DNA of 58,922 nucleotides from Actinomycetota bacterium (GTDB taxonomy: Bacteria > Margulisbacteria > Marinamargulisbacteria > GCA-2716485): positions 1 to 58,922 of the forward strand of contig PBBE01000015.1 in the NCBI GenBank assembly GCA_002716485.1, read 5' to 3'. Below are positions 1-9,509 of the stretch, piece after piece. The notes under the pieces were generated by a model that was given only the letters and a program-made list of their open reading frames with translations, was not told the DNA's origin and searched no databases. The position numbers and the translations under genes are program-made. Position 1 is the stretch's first letter. Each line of letters starts with the position of its first letter.

Positions 1-2218
1 AAAAGTTAAAGCGTTTTTTCAGACGGAATCAAAACTCGAATTTCATGGACTTATTGGTTGGGGGGAGGGCTGCCTGTCTTCAGATATTAAATCCAATAAG
101 AATATTAGTTCTGTAGATGGGTTTTTATATCGCGATGATCAAGGCCATTTGCATTACCAGAGGCTTGGGTCCTGTCTTGAATATTTTTTAGATTCAAAAA
201 ATCAACAACATCAAGCGTTTGATACGTCTCAAGGAGTTGATATAAATTTTAATGAAGAAAATGTTAGACAGATAGCGCAAGGGTCTTCTTATTCTACTTC
301 CATTAGAGCATTTTTTGAATCTTCAGTAGAGATTATCAAACAAATAAATATAGCCTCAACCATTAATTCATCATTTGTTATAGGGAGCGTATCTCATGGG
401 AATCACTCTCATCCTATTCTTACACCTAGTTTGACGGAACAATCCACAGAAAAAGGGTTGAAGATTTCGATTGCTGATGACGCCGAGGGGTGTAAATGTT
501 GCCAGACTGGCATGGATTTAGATGAAATTGTTGCTGTTCATAAGGCCAATGATGCTAATAATAGTATCGAATCCCTGGTAGATTTTGCTGACTTTACCGA
601 TGCTTCTCATTGGGCGTCCTTGCTTTTTGTATTGCCATTATCAATATTAGGGCTTACTGCCGCTTACCGAAATATGGATGCGGCTAAAGAGACCATTAAG
701 ACGATTAATGACGCTATTGAAAAAATCAATAAGACAATTAAGGAAATTTCTAAAGAACAACCGCAAAATCATCAACAACTAGATAATCTCCAAGCGTATA
801 TTCGAACATTAGAATACTCGAAATTTGATGCTGAATTTAATCGTGATGTTCCCGGTAAGCTTACCGGGATTGCCTCTTCACTAATCCTTCTTTCTTCAGT
901 GGTTCACCAACCTTTTGCGTTACCTGTCGTTGCACTTTATTCATCGGCACAAACCTTACGGAATATTTACGATTTGAATCGTGTTTGGGATCGTCAAATT
1001 TGTGTCGTACCAGGAAGTGGGCCTAAGTCGGGAAAAGTGTTTACTGAACAGCATCTTATTGATAGTGGTAAACGTAAAGTGAATGATATTAATTCACGAA
1101 AACGACTATTTTTTGCATTTAATACCTTTAATTTTATTGTCTTTACCATGGGGGCTGTCACTACGTTCTTATCTTTACCTGTAGTCGGAGTTATTGGTGC
1201 AAGCGCCCTTAACTTAGGTCTTGTACTATTTCTTTATGGAACAATTGCCTCTGGAATTGCAAATAATAAATGGCCGATTAAATTTAAGCCAAGAAATGGT
1301 GATTTAAACTTAAATCGACTTGATCTTACCCCTCAATCCTGTTTAGAAGAAATTGGATCGAGAAGTGAAATGAAAAAGATTTTAAAAGCCAATCTCAATT
1401 CTTATGTAGATCCTGATTATCGTAAGCGTTTTTGGTATCGCTTTTGCACAGCCTGGCCTTCAACGCTTGGTGTATATGGTCAAGACATGTTACACCAAAA
1501 TACTTTTGATCGTTTTGAGAAGTCAAAACAAAACTTGGCTAGGGTTCGAGCAAGTACTTTGGAAAAGTTGTTAAAAGTTAAAGGGGTTTCATTAAATTGT
1601 TCTTCAGAAGAATTGCAATGGAGAGCTTGTCGTGAGTTGGGTATTGACTCTGCGATTATTAATTTATTAATTCAAGATGCTAAGCAAGCAGTTGATGCGC
1701 CTGATGTGGATGCTGATTCTGAAGAAGCTTCTGATGAACAGGCGCTTCTTTTAGATTCGGGGTTGCCTGATCAAGATCATGAACATTCATGTGATCATGG
1801 CGGCTGTTGCGGTGCTGAATCAGAGTCTGTACTTAAAGCTAAATTAATAGATATTGGGTTTGAACCAGAGATTGAGCCAACTTGCGATCAAGGGCATGGA
1901 CATAGTCATCAAGGGCATGGGCATGGGCATGAACATCGTCATGAAGGGCATGGGCATGGACATAGTCATCAAGGGCATGAACATCGTCATGAAGGGCATG
2001 GGCATAGCCATCATGGGCATGGACATAGTCATCAAGGGCATGGGCCTCAAGAGCATGCAAACAAACAAACGTATACTTTAAATTACAGGACTTTAAGTCA
2101 AGATCAAAAGAAGAAATTATTAGAGAAAATGGATTACTACCTTCATTTTAAACTAACTGAAGAATTAAGATACCAGCAATATGGCCTCGATGATTTTTAT
2201 TGGCAAATCGCTAAATAG
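1..2218 (+). CDS. Polytopic membrane protein with a C-terminal histidine-repeat tail; the 5' end lies outside the window
   Basis: The track ORF 149..2218 begins at an internal TTG. The same frame (nt 2, 5, 8...) has no stop back to nt 2, so the window truncates the CDS. It has long hydrophobic stretches (WASLLFVLPLSILGLTAAY; FFAFNTFNFIVFTMGAVTTFLSLPVVGVIGASALNLGLVLFLYGTIASGI). It has Cys clusters (CKCCQTG, HSCDHGGCCG) and the tail HGHSHQGHGHGHEHRHEGHGHGHSHQGHEHRHEGHGHSHHGHGHSHQGHG. Confidence 0.6.
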   Translation, partial: KVKAFFQTESKLEFHGLIGWGEGCLSSDIKSNKNISSVDGFLYRDDQGHLHYQRLGSCLEYFLDSKNQQHQAFDTSQGVDINFNEENVRQIAQGSSYSTSIRAFFESSVEIIKQINIASTINSSFVIGSVSHGNHSHPILTPSLTEQSTEKGLKISIADDAEGCKCCQTGMDLDEIVAVHKANDANNSIESLVDFADFTDASHWASLLFVLPLSILGLTAAYRNMDAAKETIKTINDAIEKINKTIKEISKEQPQNHQQLDNLQAYIRTLEYSKFDAEFNRDVPGKLTGIASSLILLSSVVHQPFALPVVALYSSAQTLRNIYDLNRVWDRQICVVPGSGPKSGKVFTEQHLIDSGKRKVNDINSRKRLFFAFNTFNFIVFTMGAVTTFLSLPVVGVIGASALNLGLVLFLYGTIASGIANNKWPIKFKPRNGDLNLNRLDLTPQSCLEEIGSRSEMKKILKANLNSYVDPDYRKRFWYRFCTAWPSTLGVYGQDMLHQNTFDRFEKSKQNLARVRASTLEKLLKVKGVSLNCSSEELQWRACRELGIDSAIINLLIQDAKQAVDAPDVDADSEEASDEQALLLDSGLPDQDHEHSCDHGGCCGAESESVLKAKLIDIGFEPEIEPTCDQGHGHSHQGHGHGHEHRHEGHGHGHSHQGHEHRHEGHGHSHHGHGHSHQGHGPQEHANKQTYTLNYRTLSQDQKKKLLEKMDYYLHFKLTEELRYQQYGLDDFYWQIAK
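1889..2046 (+). repeat. Imperfect in-frame tandem repeat encoding the His-rich tail
   Basis: The unit gggcatggacatagtcatcaa occurs three times and gggcatgaacatcgtcatgaa twice, interleaved. The repeat also produces the overlapping shadow ORFs 1839..2060(-), 1844..2068(-) and 1854..2081(+). Confidence 0.8.
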
Positions 2219-2299
2219 ATTTAGATTAACCTTCTCTATTTAATCTCTTATTCACCTAATGAAGACTACTATCTTGGTCTTTAATTGTATTTTTAAAGT

Positions 2300-3544
2300 C
2301 TAATTAAAGATGGGATGCATTTCTTCTTCAGTAACTGTATTTGCTTCTTCAACCATTTCCCACGGATGAATAGGGTCCTTATATTGTTTCCATATACTTG
2401 GACCTGCTTGGTATTCTTCTTGTGTAAGCAAACAGCTATCGAGTCGTTTTTTAAGCTCATCTTTTTTAATGTTTGTACCAATAAAAACAAGCTCTTGTCG
2501 TCGGTCGCCATAGGGCTCTTCCCAATTTTCTTTGATTGACTCAATGAGAGACTCGTCTTCAACATCCCATTCATTTTTTGGGACACTTGCCCACCATTTG
2601 CCAGCAGGGGAGATCTCTGCCATTTTACCTGCCACACTCAGTTGACCTACAAATTCCATTCGTGTCGCTAACCAAAAGTAGCCTTTGATCCGATAGACAC
2701 CATCTAAATCAGATTCTAGAAAGTTTAAAAACCGTTGTGGATGAAGAGGCTGCTTTGATTTGAAATTTAAACTTGATATATTATACTCTTCAGTTTCAGG
2801 GATATGCTCGCCTCTCATTTCTTTGAGCCACCCTGCAGCTTGTGATGCTTTTTCGAAATCAAATAATTGGGTACTGATGACGTCTTTTAAGTCAACTTTA
2901 GAATAACTTGTTTCAATACACCTTGCATCCGGATTAAGGGCTTTGATAACCCCTTTGATTTTCTGTAAATCCTCATTGGGGATGTCTTGACTTTTATTGA
3001 GTAAAATGACATTTGCAAATTCAACTTGATCTACTAATAAATCAACAATGGTTCTTTCGTCGTCTTCGCCTAAAGACTCTCCACGATCTTTAAGCGACTC
3101 TACTGACCCTAAATTATCAAAAAAGTGAATGGCATCAACGACAGTGACCATGGTATCTAGTCTTGCAAAATCTGATAAGGACTGTCCATTTTCATCTTCA
3201 AATGTAAATGTTTCAGCAACTGGTAATGGTTCGCTAATCCCTGTTGATTCAATCACTAAGTAATCAAATCGGTTTTCCTTTGCTAGACGTTGTATTTCAA
3301 TTAACAGGTCTTCTCTTAAGGTACAACAAATACAACCGTTTGACATTTCTACCAGTTTCTCTTCTGTCCGACTTAAACTGGTTTCTCCATTTTTGATTAA
3401 TTGTGCATCAATATTAATTTCTGACATATCATTCACAATAACGGCGACTTTCATGTTCTCTCTATTATTAAGTACCTGGTTCAATAAGGTGGTTTTACCA
3501 GATCCTAAAAATCCAGATAATACAGTGACGGGAAGCTTGTTCAT
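2300..3544 (-). CDS. COG0523/CobW-family GTPase metallochaperone (ZigA/YeiR/ZNG1-like)
   Basis: It has an N-terminal P-loop ([14 protein letters not shown]) and the family-typical [10 protein letters not shown] metal-binding motif. It has a CobW-like C-terminal domain, and its length of 414 aa fits the family. Confidence 0.85.
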   Translation of the reverse strand: MNKLPVTVLSGFLGSGKTTLLNQVLNNRENMKVAVIVNDMSEINIDAQLIKNGETSLSRTEEKLVEMSNGCICCTLREDLLIEIQRLAKENRFDYLVIESTGISEPLPVAETFTFEDENGQSLSDFARLDTMVTVVDAIHFFDNLGSVESLKDRGESLGEDDERTIVDLLVDQVEFANVILLNKSQDIPNEDLQKIKGVIKALNPDARCIETSYSKVDLKDVISTQLFDFEKASQAAGWLKEMRGEHIPETEEYNISSLNFKSKQPLHPQRFLNFLESDLDGVYRIKGYFWLATRMEFVGQLSVAGKMAEISPAGKWWASVPKNEWDVEDESLIESIKENWEEPYGDRRQELVFIGTNIKKDELKKRLDSCLLTQEEYQAGPSIWKQYKDPIHPWEMVEEANTVTEEEMHPIFN

Positions 3545-4004
3545 TTGTAACTCCTTTTCAATACTCTAATTACTTAGTATTAATTATTGCTTATAACTTA
3601 TCACAACATAGTTGCTATAGCAATATCCTTGTAATAGACCCATATAAGGCGACTCAATAATAAAGTGACTTAGTTTATATTTAAGCCGATGATATATAGT
3701 GAAAGTATGCCTTTTATCAAGTTATTTTAGTTTGTACATTTAACTATAAGTTTAGATTGACTAATTTAGAAATAATGAATAGATGCAGGTTTTTATTTGA
3801 TTATAAATTTATACTTGCTGGTCTCTCAATGATAAGCAATATTTCTTTTAATATATGTTAGTTTCAATTATGGTTATTTTGATCCATGGTTATGCTCATT
3901 GAACAATAATTTTATTTATTTTATTTCGATACTTTGATTGTGAATAAGATTGTGGATTCTTTATTAGCGTATAAAATATAGATTTAAAATAGTTCAATAG
4001 AAGT

Positions 4005-4628
4005 TTATGGGTTATTTGATAGATCCATAGGTAATTGTGAATGTTTTAGGTTCCAATTCCAACATTCCTGATCTGATAGGCAGCTTATTACAGACGGATC
4101 CGGTTTTGAAAATACATATGGATGATCTTTTTCTCCAAGTTCTTCTTGAATTGGAAATGCGAGCTGCTCTATTTTAAGACTAAATTTAGCCAATATTCCT
4201 GCTTTGTTACCTCTGGCATCTAATCGAATCCATTGATTATTAGTAGGCAAAAAAACAGCATTTAGCCCATGTAATATTAATATAGATGTAGGATCATTTT
4301 TATTAACTCTTAACCTTTGATAGCAAAATCCAGCGGGTATTTCAATGGACCTGAGTAGGGCAGCTAATAAATGGGATTTTGCAAAGCAAATACCATGGCC
4401 TTGGATTAAGACATCTGAGGCTTTCCAGGTTCGATTGAGGTGTTGCGTATCAAAGGAGTGGGAAATTTCATCTCGAACAAATTCAAATAATAGGCGGGCT
4501 TTTTCGATCTCTGTTTGACATTGCTTTGTTAAACTAAGTGCCTTTTTTTTGATTTTTGGGTGCCGACAATCAATAACGTCGCATGAGGCTAAGTATGATT
4601 GCAGGTCTTCGATAATGACTAATTTCAT
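4005..4628 (-). CDS. Transglutaminase-like (cysteine protease fold) domain protein
   Basis: GHGICFAKSHLLAALLRSIEIPAGFCYQ matches the transglutaminase-core pattern GxCxxFAxLxxALLRxxGIPAR. The protein is 207 aa. Confidence 0.65.
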   Translation of the reverse strand: MKLVIIEDLQSYLASCDVIDCRHPKIKKKALSLTKQCQTEIEKARLLFEFVRDEISHSFDTQHLNRTWKASDVLIQGHGICFAKSHLLAALLRSIEIPAGFCYQRLRVNKNDPTSILILHGLNAVFLPTNNQWIRLDARGNKAGILAKFSLKIEQLAFPIQEELGEKDHPYVFSKPDPSVISCLSDQECWNWNLKHSQLPMDLSNNP

Positions 4629-4779
4629 CTTTTATCCTTGTGAGTCCATTGGGATGTGCAGATGGGCGTTGGCGTCATATTCTTTAAATATTGAAGTGCT
4701 GAGGGGGTCGCCATATTGTAAAAAAGAATCTAATGGAACTACCATGTCTGAATCGAAAAAATAACCCTTTAAGGGTCTA

Positions 4780-4867
4780 TGGCGGAGAGTAAGGGATTCG
4801 AACCCCTGGTACCTTGCGGTACAACGGTTTTCAAGACCGCCGCATTCGACCACTCTGCCAACTCTCC
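4780..4867 (-). tRNA. tRNA-Ser (anticodon UGA)
   Basis: The reverse complement reads GGAGAGT...CTTGAAA...long variable arm GTACCGCAAGGTAC...GGTTCGAATCC...ACTCTCC-G-CCA. The acceptor stem is 7 bp, the anticodon loop is CT-TGA-AA, and CCA is encoded. Confidence 0.9.
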
Positions 4868-4908
4868 GTAAGTGATAGTAACGGGAAATTTCTTATTTTT
4901 CAAGTCAT

Positions 4909-5997
4909 TTACATATCGGCAAGTCTAACAGGTAATCGGCGACGCCCCCAGGTGCCGGGTTCTGGATTGAAATGTCCTGAAATAGGATGCTCACAAAAGG
5001 CACATCTTTGGTCATTGATATGATACTCACCTAGCGCATGCCAATCACGTTCAATAATACATTTTTGGCAATTGGGGCAATAGGTACTTCCCGTGCTTGG
5101 GTGATGAATATTTCCGGTATAGACATAGTGTAATCCAGCAGCTAAGGCAATGTCTCTGGCCTGAATCAAGGTCTCTGCGGGGGTATGTTCTTTGTCCATC
5201 ATCTTAAAATCGGGGTGAAATGCAGTGAAGTGTAGGGGGACTTCAGGGCCTAAATTTAATTTAATCCATTCTGAAAGCATGTGAATTTCAGTGCTGCTAT
5301 CATTTTCACCGGGGATTAAAAGGGTGGTGATTTCAAACCAAACTTGGGTTTCATGATATAAATAACGTAATGTTTCTAGTACAGGCTCTAGATTGGCAAA
5401 ACAAAGGGTCTTATAGAAGGTATTGCAATAGGCTTTTAGATCAATATTGGCGCCATCTATGACGGAGTAAAAGTCTTTCCTTGCCTCCGGCGTAATATAT
5501 CCAGCGGTGACTGCCACGGTTTTGATATCTTGTTTTTGACACTCCTTGGCAATATCAATCGCATACTCAGTAAAGATAACGGGGTCATTATAGGTGAAGG
5601 CTACTGAATGGCACCCCAAATGTTTGGCGGTTAATGCGATTTTTTCGGGGCTGGCCTCGTCTTGTAAGCGATCCATTTCTTGGGCTTTACTAATGTCCCA
5701 GTTTTGACAAAAGCGGCAGCCTAAATTGCAACCCGCTGTTCCGAATGATAAGACACTGGTCCCGGGATAAAAGTGATTCAAGGGTTTCTTTTCAATCGGG
5801 TCGATACAAAAGCCGCTACTACGGCCATAGGTTGTTAATATCATTTGATGGTTTTGATTTTGTCTGACAAAACAAAAGCCCCGTTTGCCTTCTCGTAGAC
5901 GGCAAAAGCGGGGACATAGATCGCATTGGATCATATCTTCGTCAATTTCATGCCAGTACCGGCCTGGATAATTGGGTTCTTTTTTTTGTGATTTCAT
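4909..5997 (-). CDS. amrS: Radical SAM enzyme, AmmeMemoRadiSam-system type (PflA-like activase fold)
   Basis: It has the CX3CX2C motif GCNLGCRFCQNW, plus the N-terminal Cys cluster CDLCPRFCRLREGKRGFCFVR and DPIEKKPLNHF, both typical of this subfamily. Confidence 0.7.
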   Translation of the reverse strand: MKSQKKEPNYPGRYWHEIDEDMIQCDLCPRFCRLREGKRGFCFVRQNQNHQMILTTYGRSSGFCIDPIEKKPLNHFYPGTSVLSFGTAGCNLGCRFCQNWDISKAQEMDRLQDEASPEKIALTAKHLGCHSVAFTYNDPVIFTEYAIDIAKECQKQDIKTVAVTAGYITPEARKDFYSVIDGANIDLKAYCNTFYKTLCFANLEPVLETLRYLYHETQVWFEITTLLIPGENDSSTEIHMLSEWIKLNLGPEVPLHFTAFHPDFKMMDKEHTPAETLIQARDIALAAGLHYVYTGNIHHPSTGSTYCPNCQKCIIERDWHALGEYHINDQRCAFCEHPISGHFNPEPGTWGRRRLPVRLADM

Positions 5998-6132
5998 GCT
6001 TTTCTCACTGTCTTTTCTTCATATGTCTTATATGCCCACTTTGTACATAGATTAAACATTATTGATTACCTTATCACCGATTTATTTTAGCTAAATATGT
6101 GTATGGGCACTTTATGTAGGCTATAACTTTTA

Positions 6133-6161
6133 TTGACATACTAATTGCATTAATTCATAAT
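6133..6161 (+). promoter_or_regulatory. Candidate sigma70-type promoter for the first type II glutamine synthetase gene
   Basis: TTGACA (6133-6138), a 17 nt spacer, then CATAAT (6156-6161). The track's first ATG (6160) falls inside the -10 hexamer, which argues for the ATG at 6190 as the real start. Confidence 0.4.
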
Positions 6162-6189
6162 GGGCCTAAAAAATATAAGGACTTTTATA

Positions 6190-7287
6190 ATGACTTTAAT
6201 TGTTGCTGAGTATATCTGGATAGATGGAACAATGCCTACCGCCCAGATTCGATCAAAATCAAGGGTTGTTGAAGCCCCTCAATCTCAAACTTCAATTGAT
6301 CTGTTTCCAGAGTGGGGGTTTGATGGTTCTTCAACCAACCAAGCTACTGGCGATAATTCAGATTGTATTTTAAAGCCCGTGAATTTTGTGCTCGACCCTA
6401 TACGTGATGACGGTTCATTTTTAGTCATGTGTGAGGTTTTTGATCGAAATGGAAATGCCCATCCAACAAATACTCGTGCAGCATTAAGGCGCGTATTAGA
6501 AGCCGGAGCTCATACCCAAGATGCATATTTTGGGTTTGAACAAGAATTCACTCTTTTTGATTTAGAAGGCAATCCTGTGGGATGGCCAGACGCTGGATAT
6601 CCAGCTCCTCAAGGGCCTTATTATTGTGGTGTTGGTGCTGGTGCTGTGGATGGTCGTCAATTGGTTGAAGAACATTTACAGGCTTGTATGAAGGCAGGTC
6701 TTTTGATTTATGGGACAAATGCGGAAGTGATGTTAGGACAATGGGAATTCCAAATTGGATACCGTGGTTTTGATGAACCTGCGGATGCATTAAAAACTAC
6801 CGATGATATGTGGTTTGCAACTTGGCTTCTTCATCGACTTAGTGAAGATTATGATATTAAAGTTTCTTTTGAAAATAAACCTATGAAAGGGGATTGGAAT
6901 GGTGCTGGCTGCCATACCAATTTTTCTACAAAAGAGATGCGACGTGCAGAAACGGGTAAGAAAGCAATTGAATGTGCTATTAATCAACTAGCTGCTACCC
7001 ATGAAACCCATGTGAAAATTTATGGCGCTGGCTTGTCTGAACGCTTAACAGGGAATCATGAAACTTGTTCAATTAATGAGTTTCGAGCAGGTGAATCCGA
7101 CCGAGGTGCCTCTATTCGTATCCCTATTTCTACTTCTCAAAATGGGTATGGCTATTTAGAAGACCGACGACCTGGTGCAAACTCAGATCCTTACTTGGTA
7201 GCGGCACAAATTTTGGTAACAATATGTGGCCTAGATCAGTGCTTAATGTCAGAGACTGCAAAGTCGCCACAGGTAGCATTGCTATAA
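6190..7287 (+). CDS. glnII: Glutamine synthetase type II (eukaryote-like GSII), copy 1
   Basis: AEYIWIDG, FPEWGFDGSST, GPYYCGVGA, NAEVMLGQWEFQIG, KGDWNGAGCHTNFS and RGASIRIP are all hallmark GSII motifs. The start is set at MTLIVAEYIW by analogy with copy 2. Confidence 0.9.
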   Translation: MTLIVAEYIWIDGTMPTAQIRSKSRVVEAPQSQTSIDLFPEWGFDGSSTNQATGDNSDCILKPVNFVLDPIRDDGSFLVMCEVFDRNGNAHPTNTRAALRRVLEAGAHTQDAYFGFEQEFTLFDLEGNPVGWPDAGYPAPQGPYYCGVGAGAVDGRQLVEEHLQACMKAGLLIYGTNAEVMLGQWEFQIGYRGFDEPADALKTTDDMWFATWLLHRLSEDYDIKVSFENKPMKGDWNGAGCHTNFSTKEMRRAETGKKAIECAINQLAATHETHVKIYGAGLSERLTGNHETCSINEFRAGESDRGASIRIPISTSQNGYGYLEDRRPGANSDPYLVAAQILVTICGLDQCLMSETAKSPQVALL

Positions 7288-7559
7288 CTAAAGCTGCTTT
7301 TACAGCGCATAAAGTGGGGTGGGGGGTGGCTTAGTTCAAGAGGAGGTTACTCCCATGCAGACAAGTGATTAATAGATGTATCTTTTATAACAACTATGAC
7401 TCCTTATTTTAGGCAATAATGATTTTTACGTGTTCTTAATATTCGATTTATAAGCGCTGAATAGCATGGTTATTATAGATTGACTTCTTTTGACTAAACT
7501 GAGCTGATAGTCACGCCTTTACGTGACCCCCATCTTTTAAGTTAAAAGGAGTTATTATT

Positions 7560-9509
7560 ATGTTAAGATCTGTTTCAGGGCTTGTATCATCCCCTCATAT
7601 TATCAACCCTGTCAAGACGACAAGCTCTGCGTTATTTCAGGCCTCTCGTCGGGCCATTTCGGCCGTTTCTGAGCCATCGGCGATTCAAGGAACAGGCGAT
7701 TCATTCGGATATAAAGGGATTCAGTTCTCTAGTGCTGATTTAGACTCTTTAAGTGGCGGAATGGGATCTCTTTCTCAATCAGATCCAAGTAAAATGATTC
7801 AACATCGTAGTGAGGTCCTTAAGGACGCATTGAGCAGACCGTCTGAGGATGGTCGACCTGGTCATTATAATTTCTTAGGAACCGATTCAGGCTTAAGTGC
7901 CATTTCAGTGATTATTGGTGGCAAGGGTCGTGTGGGACCCTATGCAGGTGGCTGGCAAGGTAATGCCCAGTCTTCGCGTCGTCTGGCCCAAATCTTGGGT
8001 GCTTGTCCGGATTTACTTCATGTGAGCTTTGAAGAGCCGGGTAATTTGGCTGCAGAATTTAATGGCTTTATTCGAAAAGCGTCCCAAATTCAACACTTGT
8101 TACAACGGCAAGCCGCCTCACCATCTGCGCCCTTAGGTAAATTGACTCATGGTGATATTCAATTTGAAGACACGGTCATTTTAGCAGACTTAGAACAAGG
8201 GTTTCGTAATTTTCAAAAGACTCGTGATGGTGTCAATTGGTGCATTCAAAATGGGGTTAATGTGATTCATATTGAAGATCAAGGTCGTAGTAAACGCTGT
8301 GGTCATTTGGGTGGTAAGGAATTGGCGTCTTCTCCTGATTTTTTTGATACCCTTAAAGTGGCTAATTTTGCGGCCCAGCAAGCCCTAGGTCCTGAGCAAG
8401 CCAGTCAACAATGGGTCCAATTTGTGGCTCGAACGGATGCATTATCTGCGGAACGGATTGAATACTCAGATAATCTTAAAGATATTAACCATCCTGACTA
8501 CCCCTATATTGATTGGACCAAAGGGGTTTCTGCGGATGGCCAATACTTATACCTTAAACAAGGAAATCACCCTGAAACAGGCATCCCTTATGGCCTCTCC
8601 CTATCCATTGACCGATCGGCTCATATCATTGATCAAGGATTGGCGCCTTTTGTTTGGATGGAAACCCCGACGGGTGACTTGCATATGGCCAAGGCCTTTG
8701 TGGATGGGGTGAATGAGCGATTGGCCGTATCTGGTAAAAGAGGACGTTTTTTATATAATCACTCTCCGTCATTTGAATGGGATATCCAAACCTTTGTTCA
8801 TGCCGAACCCCTAGCGAAAGAAGTTGGGGAGTTTATTGCGACGGACATTTTCCCTTCTTTTCAATCTAATCCTAACCGTGAATTGGCCTGTGATCGGATC
8901 CAAGCGTTTATTTCTAAACAGGGGGACTCTTTATTGGGCGATACTGAATTTAGCCGTGATCTTTTAACGGAAATATTAGGTAATGGCTTAGATTTGGCTC
9001 GCGGACCAGAGTTTTGGGGGGATGCCTTATCTAATATTAAGTCTGAAGTCAATGCACTGCCCTTTGGATTGCAACACTATCGAATCGAAAAGCTCATGGA
9101 TAAAGTCAAGCAAAAAAGCTATCGCCCGGAACGACATATTGCCAATTGTATTGTGGCCAATCGACTTAAGTCCTATGAAAGGCAACTTCAATCGATCGGC
9201 GTTGAACTTAATTTATGTACCTTACCAGAATGGCATGCCAAGACCTTAGGGATGACTGAATTGGCTGCCCAATTTGCAGATGAGGGGATTAATGGCTTTG
9301 TTCAGCAATATCAGCGTCCCGCACGAAAGGCCTTTGAGCAGGGGAACCACCCCTTGTATTCCCATCAAACATGGAGTGGGGTGCCTGTAGAAGTTGAATT
9401 AAATCAATTAATGGGTAGCCAAGACACCAGTATTTTATCAGGCTCAACTGAAGCGCAAGATCGTGCCACCGCAACCAGTATTGATCATTTACAAAAGGAG
9501 AACTCATGA
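7560..9509 (+). CDS. aceA: Isocitrate lyase family protein with a ~100 aa N-terminal extension
   Basis: KRCGHLGGKEL matches the ICL active-site signature K[KR]CGH[LM]xGK. It also has WMETPTGDL and NHSPSFEW (compare SPSFNW). A good RBS (aaaaggag) lies 7 nt upstream of the ATG. Confidence 0.75.
   Translation: MLRSVSGLVSSPHIINPVKTTSSALFQASRRAISAVSEPSAIQGTGDSFGYKGIQFSSADLDSLSGGMGSLSQSDPSKMIQHRSEVLKDALSRPSEDGRPGHYNFLGTDSGLSAISVIIGGKGRVGPYAGGWQGNAQSSRRLAQILGACPDLLHVSFEEPGNLAAEFNGFIRKASQIQHLLQRQAASPSAPLGKLTHGDIQFEDTVILADLEQGFRNFQKTRDGVNWCIQNGVNVIHIEDQGRSKRCGHLGGKELASSPDFFDTLKVANFAAQQALGPEQASQQWVQFVARTDALSAERIEYSDNLKDINHPDYPYIDWTKGVSADGQYLYLKQGNHPETGIPYGLSLSIDRSAHIIDQGLAPFVWMETPTGDLHMAKAFVDGVNERLAVSGKRGRFLYNHSPSFEWDIQTFVHAEPLAKEVGEFIATDIFPSFQSNPNRELACDRIQAFISKQGDSLLGDTEFSRDLLTEILGNGLDLARGPEFWGDALSNIKSEVNALPFGLQHYRIEKLMDKVKQKSYRPERHIANCIVANRLKSYERQLQSIGVELNLCTLPEWHAKTLGMTELAAQFADEGINGFVQQYQRPARKAFEQGNHPLYSHQTWSGVPVEVELNQLMGSQDTSILSGSTEAQDRATATSIDHLQKENS

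Noticed and set aside
1839-2081. Three overlapping ORFs (two minus, one plus in another frame) across the His-repeat region
   Set aside because: They are repeat-generated shadow ORFs. Their products are low-complexity (MP/MT/HA repeats) and lie entirely within the better-supported His-tail coding frame.
4632-4853. 73 aa minus-strand ORF, and the similar 26421..26645 plus-strand ORF
   Set aside because: Both overlap well-formed tRNA genes (Ser-UGA and Asn-GUU respectively) and have no RBS or coding features.
6160-6189. First ATG (6160) as the start of GSII copy 1
   Set aside because: It falls within the -10 hexamer of the best promoter candidate and adds 10 residues absent from copy 2. The ATG at 6190 gives an N-terminus that aligns with copy 2.
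7644-7661. SRRAIS in the ICL N-terminus as a twin-arginine (Tat) signal
   Set aside because: The following segment (AVSEPSAIQGTGD) is too short and too polar for a Tat h-region, there is no AxA cleavage site, and the RR lies 30 residues in.
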